Assembly (NCBI GenBank): GCA_964188305.1
Contig: OZ076888.1
Length of the DNA: 64,000 bases
Strand: one strand, 5' to 3'
Source: Podarcis bocagei
Lineage: Eukaryota
The notes beneath the pieces were generated by a model, which was not told the DNA's origin, searched no databases, and saw only the letters and a program-made list of their open reading frames with translations. Positions 51,969 through 64,000 of this stretch are shown here, one piece after another. Each line of letters starts with the position of its first letter. Position 1 is the first letter of the stretch. The translations under genes were made by a program, and so were the position numbers.

Positions 51969-52544
51969 TAATCTGCATCCATCTGCAAAGTGTTGGGAGA
52001 GGATGTCGCTAAGAGATGTGTGTGTGTGAGAGAGTAAACTTCAGGATCAGGCCTACACACAAAGAAAAGGTGAAAAATTCCACCTCTGTACTAGCAGCAT
52101 AACCAAGCGGGGCCACTGGGTGGCTCCCCTCACTTGAGATACATGTCACCATTAAAGTTTGGGACATGGAAGATGATGAAATGATCCTCTTTCTGAGCAT
52201 ATTATTCTGCTAAGAAAATATCTAGGCATTGTGCAGATTGGGCCCCTAGAAAATACGGGAGAAAATCAATCATCTAGCCATGTTTTATTTTCCACTTAGC
52301 TGTTCTAGTTTAAGCTAAACAATGTGTGAGATGAAGAAAGCATGCTATGCAGAAAGGTTCAGTTCTCTCCAATGGCTTATTTGGCGCAGACGCAGCGGTT
52401 TCATATCAGCTAACTTTCATATCTTCCACTACAGAATCATAGGAAGTATAGTTTGTAGTGCAATCCTAACCAAGTTTGTCCTGCTTACTTTGGTGGGAAG
52501 AACATCAGTGGGAATTATGTTAATCCAGAAGATATCATCATTAT

Positions 52545-52986
52545 CATCATCATTTATTATTTTTACCCTGCCCATCTGGCTGGCATTCCCCAGTCACTTT
52601 GGGTGGCTCCCAACAGAATATTATTATTATTAATAATAAAAGTGATAAAGGGTCAAACATTTAAAACTTCCCTAAACAGGTCTGTCTTCAGATGTCTTCT
52701 AAAAGTCAGATAGTTGTTTATTTCCTTGACATCTGATGGGAGAGCAAGCGCCACTACCGAGAAGGCCCCCTTCCTGGTTCCCTGTAACTTCACTTTTCTC
52801 AGTGAGGGAACCGCCAGAAGGCCATCGGAGCTAGATCTCAGTGTCTGGGCAGAACGATGGGGGTGGAGACGCTCCTTCCGGTATACTGGGCTGAGGCCGT
52901 TTAGGGCTTTAAAGGTCAGCACCAACACTTTGAATTGTGCTGAGAAACATACTGGGAGCCAATGTAGTCTTTCAGGACTGGTGTTA
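52545..52986 (-). mobile_element. L2 LINE 3' fragment
   Basis: AQFKVLVLTFKALNGLSPVY..TFRRHLKTDLF. Confidence 0.85.
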
Positions 52987-53543
52987 TATCAAATTATAGT
53001 GTGAATATTCTCCTGGGGTCCCTTCATATTCTACAGAGTCCAGCAACATCTGGACCCAGTTTATCCACCCCCACTTTAAACAGCCATATATTCTGAATTT
53101 GTAGAACATGGGGAAAAAATTCGAGGATAAACTTAGCTTGGACAGACAAACCATCTATCAAGTAGTTTCAGTACAGTTTTAAAGTGGTGGCATTATTATT
53201 TTATTTGTGTGGATACTGACAAACTATAATTTAATTTAAGAAACACACCCTTGCTCAGCAGAGCAAATTCCAGCCTGCATTGCTCTGTGCAGAATAACAG
53301 ACTATGGTGAATTCAAATTCAAATTCTAAAAAGCAATCCTAGCTTGCGTCTGTGCTTAGACTCATGAGAGATTCAGCTCTACAACTCTGTGATTCTATGA
53401 TTCTATTTTTTTTGTCAGTTTCTGAATATATAGATCCCCACCTCTTCCCAGGGGCAATAATTACAGATATCGAGAGACTCATGGAACTACACAGAATTAT
53501 AAGTCCAACAGAGCATGGCTGTAGAGGAATGAATAAAATTTAC

Positions 53544-53708
53544 CGTTACAGCCACAACATTGGAGCCGCCAGGAGAATTCTCGGGGATCCTTGCGATGTA
53601 GTAATCAGATGAAAACTTTGGGACATTATCATTCGTATCCAAGAGACGGATCACAATATCTGCCGTTGAACTGAACTTCTCAGGTGTGTTAACTTCTATT
53701 GCAAGAAG
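53544..53708 (-). CDS. CDHR1: CDHR1 exon (about exon 13; not in ORF track)
   Basis: ccttag|CTT CTT GCA; [55 protein letters not shown]|gtaaat; 165 nt. Confidence 0.95.
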
Positions 53709-53868
53709 CTAAGGAGGTAATTGAGAAATTACGAGCTAGTAAGTCATGCAAAATCCAACAGTTGTGCTTCTACAGAACCCAGCTATTTTATATGGAACTG
53801 ACTAATTTGCGTTATGGCTAATAATGATGATAGATAATCCCATCAACAGAATATATTCCACATGGAAC

Positions 53869-53903
<35 letters not shown>

Positions 53904-54378
53904 AAAAAAGAAAGGAACTCACAAAAGTTGGAATTCCGTCATTGTTACATTAATACAAAGTTAATTTTCAAATGACTGCAAAAATCTGAGTATAAATCCC
54001 TTATGGCATAGCCATGTCTGTGTGCTGCCTGTATATCATTTCATTAACCACGGGAAGGACTCAAGTTTTCAGCACATCCTGAATCAAAGAGATTCAGCCA
54101 ATGGGGATGGAACATTAGCATCGCCACCAAATAAGGAAGCAGAACAAAAGAACATAAGAAGAGCTCTTGCGTTCCTTCTTTGTTGAGACCTTGATGGCGA
54201 TGCTCAAGAAAACTACATGGCAAGTAGCAACCCAGAATAAAATGAAACCAATAAAGCAGAATAAAATGAAACCAAATCAATCTTGAACATCAATACACCA
54301 GAACAGGTTATTTGGCTAAGGCATGAAGACGTTAAACTGTGTGGGGGGGGGGGATGAGTGGGATACACTTATGAGAAG

Positions 54379-54380
<2 letters not shown>

Positions 54381-54429
<49 letters not shown>

Positions 54430-54667
54430 TTTTATTACTTATACGCCACCCATCTGGCCAGACCTTCCCAGCCACTCTGGGTGGCTCCCAACAGAATATT
54501 AAAAACATGATAAAACATGAAACATAAAAAACTTCCCTAAACAGGACTGCCTACAGATGCTTCCTAAAAGTCAGGCAGTTGTTTATTTCCTTGACATCTG
54601 ATGGGAGGGCGTTCCACAGGGCGGGTGCCACTACCGAGAAGGCCCTCTGCCTGGTTCCCTGTAACCT
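54381..54667 (-). mobile_element. L2 LINE 3' fragment with (AAT)n
   Basis: Same L2 3' sequence. Confidence 0.82.
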
Positions 54668-55520
54668 GAGTATTATTCTTGTGACTAACTTAAAGCCAAC
54701 ATTTTATTATTCTGCGTCCAGCAATTCCTCAAAGAGAACATGGAGCAGCATTGAGAACATGGAGCAAGATGGAGCAATGGTCTGCCTTCTGTCTCTGGGA
54801 ATCTTAACAGGCCACTTCCACAGGGATGTTCACATGTCTTCTGAAGACCATGCGTTGAATACAGTATAAAGATTGGCGGAGTCAAGAGCCAAGGAGGTCA
54901 TCTGGAGTAATAGCAAGATGGTAATGAATCAAAGTGGGCATCAAGCTGCCCCCCCCCAGGAGAACATGCAGGGGCAGAAGACAGAGGTGACTATTCCTCC
55001 CCCCCAAAAAAAATTTCAAACGCCCAAGGACCCAATCCAAATCTGTCTCTGAAATATTGCTTTCAGCTTGAATCGAAAGCTGCTGCAAATAGATGATGAT
55101 ATGCCTATTAAAGACTGTTAATCATTCCCTCCGGTAAGAATAATCAAATATCGGGGACCGGCATAAAACAAAGGTTATCTAAAATTAGCTTTGTATAATC
55201 CATTGCTCTTGGATGAAAATACCAGGTCTGCTATCTTAGATATGTCAGATAACGAACCATTGGAGGCAACACTGACACCACAAAACATTTTGAATGTACA
55301 ATTTCATGTGGAAATCTGGTCTCCAATCAAGTTACATGTCTTTAGGTGCCAGGCAAAAACATTCCACTTCTCCCAGGCCTGTGACCAATTAAACAATTTA
55401 TGGCAAACTGTGTGTGGCAGGGTTGGGGTGTTATTGCTTTTGCTTGTGAGTATGTTTTGCATTTTTGTGTTTTTATATCATAAATTGCATTGTGTTCCTC
55501 GGATGAATGGCAGTAAATAA

Positions 55521-55571
<51 letters not shown>

Positions 55572-56871
55572 TCAGTGGAGAACTCTCTACTGGCACCCAC
55601 GGTGAATGCATCTCTGCCTTCCTTTGTTGCCAATGAATTTGGAATTTATAAAAGGGCTTTAAAATGTTGTATAAAAGCCCTTTGCTGTTTATCTTCAATC
55701 ACTTGCAAACAACAATAACAACAACAACAACCATTTTTCAGAGACAAAGTGTACAATTTATCAAGTAAAAAGAAACACACACTTTTCTCTTTTAATTACT
55801 TCCTTTGGTGTTTACAGCGGTGCTCTTAATCATGCTGAATTCTATTAGTATTCATGAGGCCACGCTTTGTAATTTCCTTACCATGCATACTTGGGCAGTG
55901 CTTTATAACCTTCTGAGAATTTTCTAGTTGTAACAGGAATAATTATAGGTTGTGTTCCATGTGCACCTCTTGGATGAAACACCCCATGAAATAAACACCC
56001 AAGGGCCTTGACAGGGCTCAAAAGGAGCACACAGTCATCAAATCCAGCCCTCTCCCATGAGGCAGAAATATCCACACCTCCCTCCCTCTGAGATTTACCC
56101 ACACAAGCCAGAACACTGTATGCCGCAAACAGAGAGGTCAAACAAGTCGTAAATAAGACAGCAAGATACTTGCAAATCGCGTAGGTTGAGGTGGCTCTTG
56201 CAAATGAGCCAAGGGACACACTTCGGAAGGGCTTCTATAATTTTAGCCGCATTAAAAACTATTTTGGGGGCGTTTATTGTTTGTTTACAGATAGTTGCCT
56301 TGGTGATGTTATCTTGCGTCTATTGAAGTAGCTGTTGCATCACCACCTGGTTTATTTTTTTCAGTATATATGATATGCAGTGTTTTTTCCTTAAAAAATA
56401 TTTTTAGGGGTAGTCTCATTTTGACTCAAGAAAATCACCATTTTGTAGTTCAAATTGGGGAAAATAAATACAGTAAATGGACAAATGGACAAAGATTCAC
56501 AGAATGTTTAGGGGTATGCGTACCCCTGTGTCCTCCCAGGAAAAAAAGCACTGTATATATGACATCTCAAGATTCTATGCTGCAGCTTTAACCCTTTGCG
56601 TAGTATTTTGGATGCAGGATTCCCCCACGCGCCCCCCCGGTCGCCATTCCAATCCTCCTTCAGGAATTGGAGGGCAATTTTCTGAAGGAGGAAGCCTGCT
56701 GTAAACCCACAGAGGCTTCCTGCACATTTTAGAACAGGGTTCTAAAATACCGAGGGAGAGTCAGCCAGGGCAAGAGACTCCCCGCTTCAGAAGATTGTGC
56801 TCCAGCTCATGATGAATGATCGGAACGGCAATGCAGGAATGAAGTTAGCACGAAGGCAGAAGTTACAATAC

Positions 56872-57024
56872 CTTGAAGGTGAAGACCTGGAACTTTTCGT
56901 AGTCAATGGCAGCTGAGTTTTCTACGATGATTGTGACCTGCGCTTCATTCAGCACAGTCTGAGGGACAACGCGGAAAATGCCGCCTGGCCCGACAAGCCG
57001 GAGGTTGAATTTTGCATTCGCCCC
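56872..57024 (-). CDS. CDHR1: CDHR1 exon (about exon 12)
   Basis: tcacag|GGG GCG; [51 protein letters not shown]|gtattg; 153 nt. Confidence 0.96.
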
Positions 57025-57827
57025 CTGTGAAGAAAGAGCCGGCATTAAAAAATAAATGACAAATGTATCATAGCATATAACCCAGTACTGTTGATTTCCT
57101 TACAGAAGAGACACATGTGTGTGTGTGTAGGTGTAAAAAAATCCTAGTCTTCCCGCAATAAATGTGGGAGTAGTGGGATCAATATTGGTAGTTCTATCCT
57201 TGACATAAATGGCCAGCTATCCATCTCTGCACAGTAAATGGAAAATATGCTTGCATAAGCGAACATGCGGAGGTCCTGCATTCACAACCAGGAACTCTGC
57301 TGTTATCATGAAACCCTGTACAACATGTAGAAATTGGGGGATTGAGTCAGCATTTCCTTTTCCACATGTGGGGGAGAGAATGAGAGGAGAGGGCAGGAAC
57401 GACTGCTTAGTATCTTCAGTTCAGCAGCTACTGGATGAGAGAGAACTAAGAGGCTTTCTGAAGTAATCTCCCCAAGCTTTGGCTCACAAGACATCGGTGG
57501 TTTTGATAAAAATAGATTTGGGAGCTTGCCTATTCCTCTAGTCACACTGGAAGAGCACCTAGTTTAGGTTGGCTAAGTGTGAGAATAATCTGGAAGGTAG
57601 ACTCTGAGATGCTGAACATTCAGAATGACCCGATTACCTAAATATGGGTCATTTTAGGTACAAGGTACACCTCCATATACTTTGACCAGAGGCGTGCTTG
57701 AATATTATCCCTCCTTCTGCTAAGAAAGTACTGGGAGTGGCCTTAGGTTGGTGGCACAGGTCTTTTTATTATTATTCCAGATTAATATGGTTGCTGCTCT
57801 GGAAATAAGTCATTACACCTTTCTGAG

Positions 57828-58565
57828 AGACAGGTGGCAGGCAGGTGTGGGGGACTCCCTGGTCCTGAATGGGGTATCTGTGCCCCTGAAGGACCAGGTG
57901 TGCAGCCTGGGAATCATTTTGGACTCACAGCTGTCCATGGAGGTGCAGGTCGATTCTGTGTCCAGGGCAGCTGTCTACCAGCTCCATCTGGTACTCAGGC
58001 TGAGACCCTACCTGCCCGCAGACTGTCTCGCCAGAGTGGTGCATGCTCTAGTTATCTCCTGCTTGCACTACTACATGGGGCTACCTTTGAAGGTGACCTG
58101 GAAACTACAAGTAATCCAGAATGCGGCAGCTAGACTGTTGACTGGGAGTGGCCACTGAGACCATATCACACCAGTCCTTAAAGACCTACATTGGCTCCTA
58201 GTACGTTTCCGAGCACAATTCAAAGTGTTGATGCCGACCTTTAAAGCCGTAAACGGCCTTGGTCCAGTACACCTGAAGGAGCGTCTCCACCTCCATTGTT
58301 CAGCCCAGACACTGAGGCCCAGCTCCGAGGGCCTTCTGGTGGTTCCCTCACTATGAGAATTGAAGCTACAGGGAACCAAGCAGAGGGCCTTCTTGGTAGT
58401 GGCGCCTACCCTGTGAACACCCTTCCATCAGATGTCAAGGAAATGAACAACTATCTGACTTTTAGAAGACATCTGAAGGCAGCCCTCTTTGGGGAAGTTT
58501 TTAATATTTGATGTTTTATTGTGCTTTTAATTCTGTTGAGAGCTACCCAGAGTGGCTGGGGTATA

Positions 58566-58616
<51 letters not shown>
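57828..58616 (+). mobile_element. L2 LINE 3' fragment (longest copy in window)
   Basis: LGIILDSQLSME..LRPYL..VVHALVISCL..QNAAARLLTG..LHWLLVRFRAQFKV; (AAT)n tail. Confidence 0.9.
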
Positions 58617-58617
<1 letters not shown>

Positions 58618-59948
58618 CTACTACTATATGGTCTGCCTTGCATCCTATTGGCTAGCCTGATGCCCTCATGTGTAGTAGACAATGCACACTGGTTGGGGCC
58701 AGTGAGTGCTGCTAAACTTTCCCCTGAACATCCAAAGACTGCTCCAGTGAGGAACAAACAGGTGCAAGTGGAACCAGAGATCAATTTTGGGTAGGGACTG
58801 GAAATATAAATATAAATTAAAAAGCAATCTTGAAGCTCAACAGAAAATCGCATGGTTTCCTTGTGATAGGAAGGGGAGTAGAACATAGCAAACAAAAGAT
58901 CTGTGCAAAATATACTGGCCGTGACAACTTTTGGCTGGTCTCTGCTTGCTCCGTAATATTAGTAAGCGGTTAATTTAAATTTTGCTGCCTTCTGCAACTG
59001 CCGAAGTAGCAATTACTTATCCTTTTGCAGCAAGCTGGCAGGGAACCTGCTGACTTTTATATAGAGCAGAATGCAACCATGTTAGCACAACACTGAGTAT
59101 ATGCTACATGTTGATGGACTAGATTTTCTTTTCAATAATTGCAGTCCTTTCATGTGTATTAAACTTTCAGGCCTCAACTTTTCCTCTCCGGTTAGCTCAG
59201 GTGGAAGCTATTACAGAGGTTTCCTTAGCAACCTTTGCCATAGTTTCCACATAAAATAAACTGTACTGAACCTAAAGGAATCCCATTCCTCTGGTTAAAG
59301 AATACTGCACTCACTGCATATGGGATAGAGTGCTTATTTTTCAAAATAAGGCTCTAGTAGAGTAGCTTTCACAATGCTCCAGAAAGACCAGGACCAGAAT
59401 TACTATTTTTTAAAATAAAAACTAAAAACTACGTGGGGAAGCACAGAATATTATCTCCATCGGCTGATGAAATAAATCAGCAATAATGCAATAAAGAAAG
59501 GGCACGACCCAGTCAAACTAAGAGGACAAGGCTTGCTGAATCAAACAAAATATTCATCCATTAACAGCATTTCGTTTCAAGGACACAAATGTCATATGCC
59601 CCTGGAAATCAAGCAGGACAAGAAGACAGTGGATTGTTGGCTGTCACCACCTAGTTTTCAGTGCTGTGATACTTAAAACAAAAGGTTTATGGAATCAAGG
59701 CCAGCCCACCCATGAGGCAAGATGAGGCAACTGCCTCAGGTGGTAGGATCCACAGGGGCAGCAGATCCTGGTGTAGATCTTTATGCCCCCACCCCCCGAT
59801 CTTCCCTGGCAGGGAGGAAGCATTTTGTGGTTTGCCTCAAGTGCGAAAATGTCTTGGGCTGGCCCAGAATGGAGGTATAAGAGAGAGGCAAAAAAGGAGA
59901 GATAAACAAAACAACAACAAACAAAAAAACCAAAAACACCACACTGGC

Positions 59949-60152
59949 CTGATCTGAATCATTGACGGTAATTTTGAGGCCTCTCAGAATCTCGCCCTCC
60001 GGCGGATGCTCATACATTGTGAGTTCAAATCGGTTCTGTGGCCCGTTTTCTCCGTAAAACGTTGGCGGGTGGTTGTTGAGGTCCACAACTCGTATGGTTG
60101 CAGTGGCAAAGGCATGAGCAGTCGCCTCACCCTCCGGGCTGATTTCGGAAGC
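59949..60152 (-). CDS. CDHR1: CDHR1 exon (about exon 11), probable GC donor
   Basis: ctacag|GCT; [68 protein letters not shown]|gccagt; 204 nt. Confidence 0.93.
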
Positions 60153-60929
60153 CTGTAGTGAACAAGAAATGGATTTGCATGGGCTTTCCCTCCTGCTTAC
60201 GATGCTTCATCCGACATGCAATTCCAGAGTTTGATCATATCAGTATCTTCTGCTGGTTGCACTACCAGCTCTTCACCATTCGCCTCAGGGCTGACTAGAG
60301 GTGAAAGGTCGAGATTCGACTTCCCACAGCCCCAGCCTTGCACGGTGTTAAGCATACTTAGCTAAAATGAGGAACTGTCAGCTCTGTGTACAGTTGCCCT
60401 ATATATTAGAGCATATTCCTGACAATGAAATACTTCTCAAGTTCAGACCTACTCTGACCATTTGGTCCTCCTGGACAGAAGGAACTCCAGTAGGCTTGCT
60501 GACCAACAAGGACTTCCTAGTTCTGGTATGTTTCTGTGCATTCCTCCCTGACGCTTGGCTTAGTCCCTTGGCTTAGAGTCTCTGGTGCAAATCTGACAGC
60601 TTAACCTATGGTTTAGCCATAACACATACTACATATGTGAACAAATTTGCATAACTTGAATAATGCATTCCTATCAATCCTATTAAACTGTCTGGTTACC
60701 TAGTTAAAGAATCCAGATCTTTTCTCTTTCACATACCAGACCCTTTGGGTAGAGTTGGCATTGACAGAGAAAATTGTTTTTAAAAAATGGTATAGCAGAA
60801 AGCAGCAATATGCATCAATTCTCCTATGTAAAGAGGGCACTACATTTTCAGTAGTTGAAATTCAGCACACTGCAGATCCATCAGAAGTGGTAAGGGGAAA
60901 CATTTATAGCAGGAGAGTAAGACAAATAC

Positions 60930-61030
60930 CTGAATTTTCAGTTCATATACTTCTTTCTTCAGCTGATTTGGGCTTTTAATAACAGAAATAGCTCCAGTTG
61001 CGTTATTTATTTCAAATGAGCCTTCACTTC
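60930..61030 (-). CDS. CDHR1: CDHR1 exon (about exon 10; not in ORF track)
   Basis: taacag|GA AGT; (G)SEGSFEINNATGAISVIKSPNQLKKEVYELKIQ|gtattt; 101 nt. Confidence 0.92.
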
Positions 61031-61124
61031 CTGTTACAAAACAGAAATATACCTATCAAATTTTCTAGCCCCCTCAAAAAGAATCTGCTTCAATCCAGTT
61101 GCAGTCAGAGGTAACTAGTTGTGC

Positions 61125-61324
61125 NNNNNNNNNNNNNNNNNNNNNNNNNNNNNNNNNNNNNNNNNNNNNNNNNNNNNNNNNNNNNNNNNNNNNNNNNNNN
61201 NNNNNNNNNNNNNNNNNNNNNNNNNNNNNNNNNNNNNNNNNNNNNNNNNNNNNNNNNNNNNNNNNNNNNNNNNNNNNNNNNNNNNNNNNNNNNNNNNNNN
61301 NNNNNNNNNNNNNNNNNNNNNNNN
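61125..61324. other. Assembly gap
   Basis: 200 N. Confidence 1.
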
Positions 61325-61477
61325 ATCATAGAATCAGGGATTTGTTTTCAGCCGGAACTTGCCAGAACTTAGTTCCGGCACCTCTCTGGTGGGCACCATT
61401 GCCATGAAAATAGAACAAGGGTGGAGTTCGTGGTGAGTTCTGGCACCTCTTTTCTAGAAAAATAGCACTGTATGGGA

Positions 61478-61620
61478 TCATAGGATGGTAGAGTTGAAAG
61501 GGAGTCTGAGGGTCATATAGTCCAACCCCCTGCAATGCAGGAATCCTTTGCCCAACATGGGGCTCAAACCCACGACCCTGAGATTAAGAGTCTCATGCTC
61601 TAGTGACTGAGCTATCCCAG
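61478..61620 (-). mobile_element. tRNA-Lys(CTT)-derived SINE with CR1-like 3' tail
   Basis: Minus: GGGATAGCTCAGTC..GAGACTCTTAATCTCAGGGTCGTGGGTTTGAGCCCCATGTTGGGC then GGGGGTTGGACTA..CAACTCTACCATCCTATGA. Confidence 0.8.
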
Positions 61621-61986
61621 GACCATGTGCAGCCAGAAATTGTTGCAGTTGAGCATACATTTCTGTCAATGTGCATGCATGTGCTGGCACAATGCATGCC
61701 TTTGTGCATGCCTGGGCACTGACAGCAACCTCAGCTCAGCTCAAATCTTTTCTGACCCTCTGATCCTAGCAACTGACTAACAGGATACTATAAGGTTGTG
61801 ATGGCTACTACACTGTTGGGAGAGATAGAGTTGTGAAGGCCAGGCAGTCTAAAGCAAACATCTACCTTCAATTAAAGCTCAATCCCTTCACCAGAGCATC
61901 ACTGAAGGTGGCTGGCAGCGATCTCTGAGTGCATTCTCCAAAATGACATCCATACAGTTTGCTCTCCTATTCATAGCACAGATAAA

Positions 61987-62352
61987 GGTAAAAGGTAAGG
62001 CAAAGGACCCCTGGACGGTTATGTTCAATCAAAGGCGACTATGGGGTTGTGGTGCTCATCTCACTTTCAGGCTGAGGGAGCCGGTGTTTGTCCACAGACA
62101 GCTTTCCGGGTCATGTGGCCAGCATGACTAAACCACTTCTGGTGTGACAGAAATCAGAGCACACAGAAACACTGTTTACCTTCCACTGCAGCAGTACCTA
62201 TTTATCTACTTGCACTGGCGTGCTTTCGAACTGCTAAGTTGGCAGGAGCTGAGACAGAGCACAGGAGCTCACCCCGGCATGTGGATTCGAACCGCCAACC
62301 TTCTCATCGGCAAGCCCAAGAGGCTGTTTAGACCACAGCACCACCTGTATCC
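61987..62352 (-). mobile_element. Sauria SINE
   Basis: 13-bp TSD TAGCACAGATAAA (61974-61986, 62353-62365). Confidence 0.9.
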
Positions 62353-63336
62353 TAGCACAGATAAACTAGGGAACCCACAGTAGATCATGAGCTCCCGTCC
62401 CTCAGAAATCTCACCCCAGGCCTTAAATCTCACTGACTCAGGTCTACTTTCAAGCAGTGCAACATCTGGGGACACTGCCATAGGGAGATTGAGTGCCCCT
62501 GTCCCTGTCCCCCTACCCTTCAGACCTGACAAAAAAATTATCAGTGCTATCCTCTGGTTTTCTGACCATTGCTGCATGCATGCGACCCTGACTGGTGCAT
62601 GCACGTTCAACATGTTCAGTACAACAGGAGTGCAGCATGTGTTCAAGAGAATTTTCATACGGGGGATGAAACACCTTCTGGGGCTTAGCCAAGCCTAGTT
62701 TGAAACTAGGAGTGTAGGAAATCCAGTTAAAGAAAACATAATCGATACTCTTCTCTGTTTCCTTCTCTAATTTAACACTGATGCTCATTTTGAAAACTGT
62801 CCAATACTGTCTCATTTTGCTAATATCTGCAATAACTGTGACTTCATTAGAAGGCATTAGACTTCGCACTGAACACGGATTGACTTATGTGGAGGGCCAT
62901 TATCAAGATTCATAGGGCAGAAAAGGAAAGCTTGACTACAATGGAAATGAAGTCAATAGCAGTTTCAAGTGCTCATATATCATGCTATTTACTGCCTAAT
63001 TGCTATGTGGAAATAGATAATTCAGAGCATGGTCCATCATGTGTTTTCTGGAGGATTTGCCAGCATATAGAATATAAAGTTATTTTCAATGGTTTAGCAC
63101 TATTTATTCTTTAATAAGAATAACAGACCTTCCTACAATCCCACTGGGTAACAGGTATGAAACATAAAATGGGACTGAGATGGTACAAAAAGCTTGGGGA
63201 AGAACAAGTATGCAGAAAACCTGCATCTGTTGTTACGACATGTAAGGAAAGTAATTGGTAGTTTAAATAACCCACCATGATATGCGTGTCTGTTTTGTGC
63301 TATGCAAAAACAACCACAGCAATTTAAATGCATATA

Positions 63337-63416
63337 CAGGGTAAGTCCTTTAAAAGAGGTCCCATGGATACAGAGTACACATGTTCCATGGGGCCTCTTT
63401 TAAAAGACTCACCCTG
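63337..63416. mobile_element. 80-bp hairpin MITE (mariner-type)
   Basis: TA-CAGGGT.AGTC.TTTAAAAGAGG.CCCATGGA ... TCCATGGGGCCTCTTTTAAAAGACTCACCCTG-TA. Confidence 0.7.
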
Positions 63417-64000
63417 TATTTTCACATTGGAAGATAATGAAGTGCAACCTAAGACGTGCAAAATAAACCGATTGCAGAGGAATGGAAAAGACCAGATAAA
63501 AATGCAAATTAATGTTGGAACGGATTGAGGCGTGTCCGTACGTCATTCTTATAAAGCGACTGAAAGTCAAATGGCAGAAAACCTATTCTTTGAAACTGGG
63601 TGTGCCCCAATCATGTATAAATTCAGAGAGAGAAAGAAAGAGAGAGAGGGAGAGAGGGGGGAGGGGGGAGGTTGAAGAGCAAAATGGGATGTAGATGAAG
63701 GGAGCTGCACTCTCCCATTCCAGTTCTATACCTCTCTTCCCCTGGCCCGCACAGTTTGGACCCCAAAAGTGAAAGCAGGACTTTCAGGGAGGGGAAAACA
63801 ATACCTGGGAGACAATCTGTGAGGAGATAAACTGCAGAAGTGAGGAAGGAAGGTTCTGCTCTTCAGCGGCAGAGCATATGCCTGTGCTGCCCAGGGCGGG
63901 TGCGCTTCCGAGGGGGGCAGGGCACGGAGGCCCCCCCCCCCAGGCACAGGATAGCCACTCGGGTGCATGGAGCGGCACACGTGCTGGGGGTGGAGTGAGT

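Noticed and set aside
61545-61620. tRNA-Lys(CTT)-like sequence
   Set aside because: Mutated D and T arms and fused to a CR1-like tail; a SINE head, not a tRNA gene
61031-64000. Next upstream CDHR1 exon
   Set aside because: No matching exon found by eye; likely beyond the window or in the 200-N gap, so not evidence of exon loss
1-64000. CRISPR arrays, operons or other prokaryotic systems
   Set aside because: Eukaryotic intron-exon locus; the recurring sequences are dispersed transposons, not repeat-spacer arrays

Overview
Vertebrate genomic DNA, very likely from a lacertid lizard (Sauria SINEs with ACCTTT tails, BovB, squamate L2 and tRNA SINEs). It holds the conserved retinal gene cluster LRIT1 (+, last two coding exons), LRIT2 (+, complete 3-exon CDS, 564 aa) and CDHR1 (-, eight 3' coding exons, about exons 10-17). 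Introns and spacers are filled with SINEs, LINE 3' fragments, Tc1/mariner and hAT MITEs, two solo LTRs, Penelope-derived fragments and microsatellites. There are two N gaps (8993-9125, 61125-61324). Best finding: an intact second terminal exon inside the last CDHR1 intron (37528-37740, -), absent from the ORF track. It has its own acceptor, matching phase, a TM helix and a short basic tail, and is clearly paralogous to the canonical TM/cytoplasmic exon, implying a short-tail versus long-tail CDHR1 switch. Also notable: a perfect 186-bp Penelope-type palindrome with minimal hammerhead ribozyme motifs on both strands in an LRIT1 intron, a second hammerhead copy sense to CDHR1, and a probable GC-AG intron in CDHR1. 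Exon numbers follow my recollection of human gene structure; repeat boundaries without TSDs are approximate.
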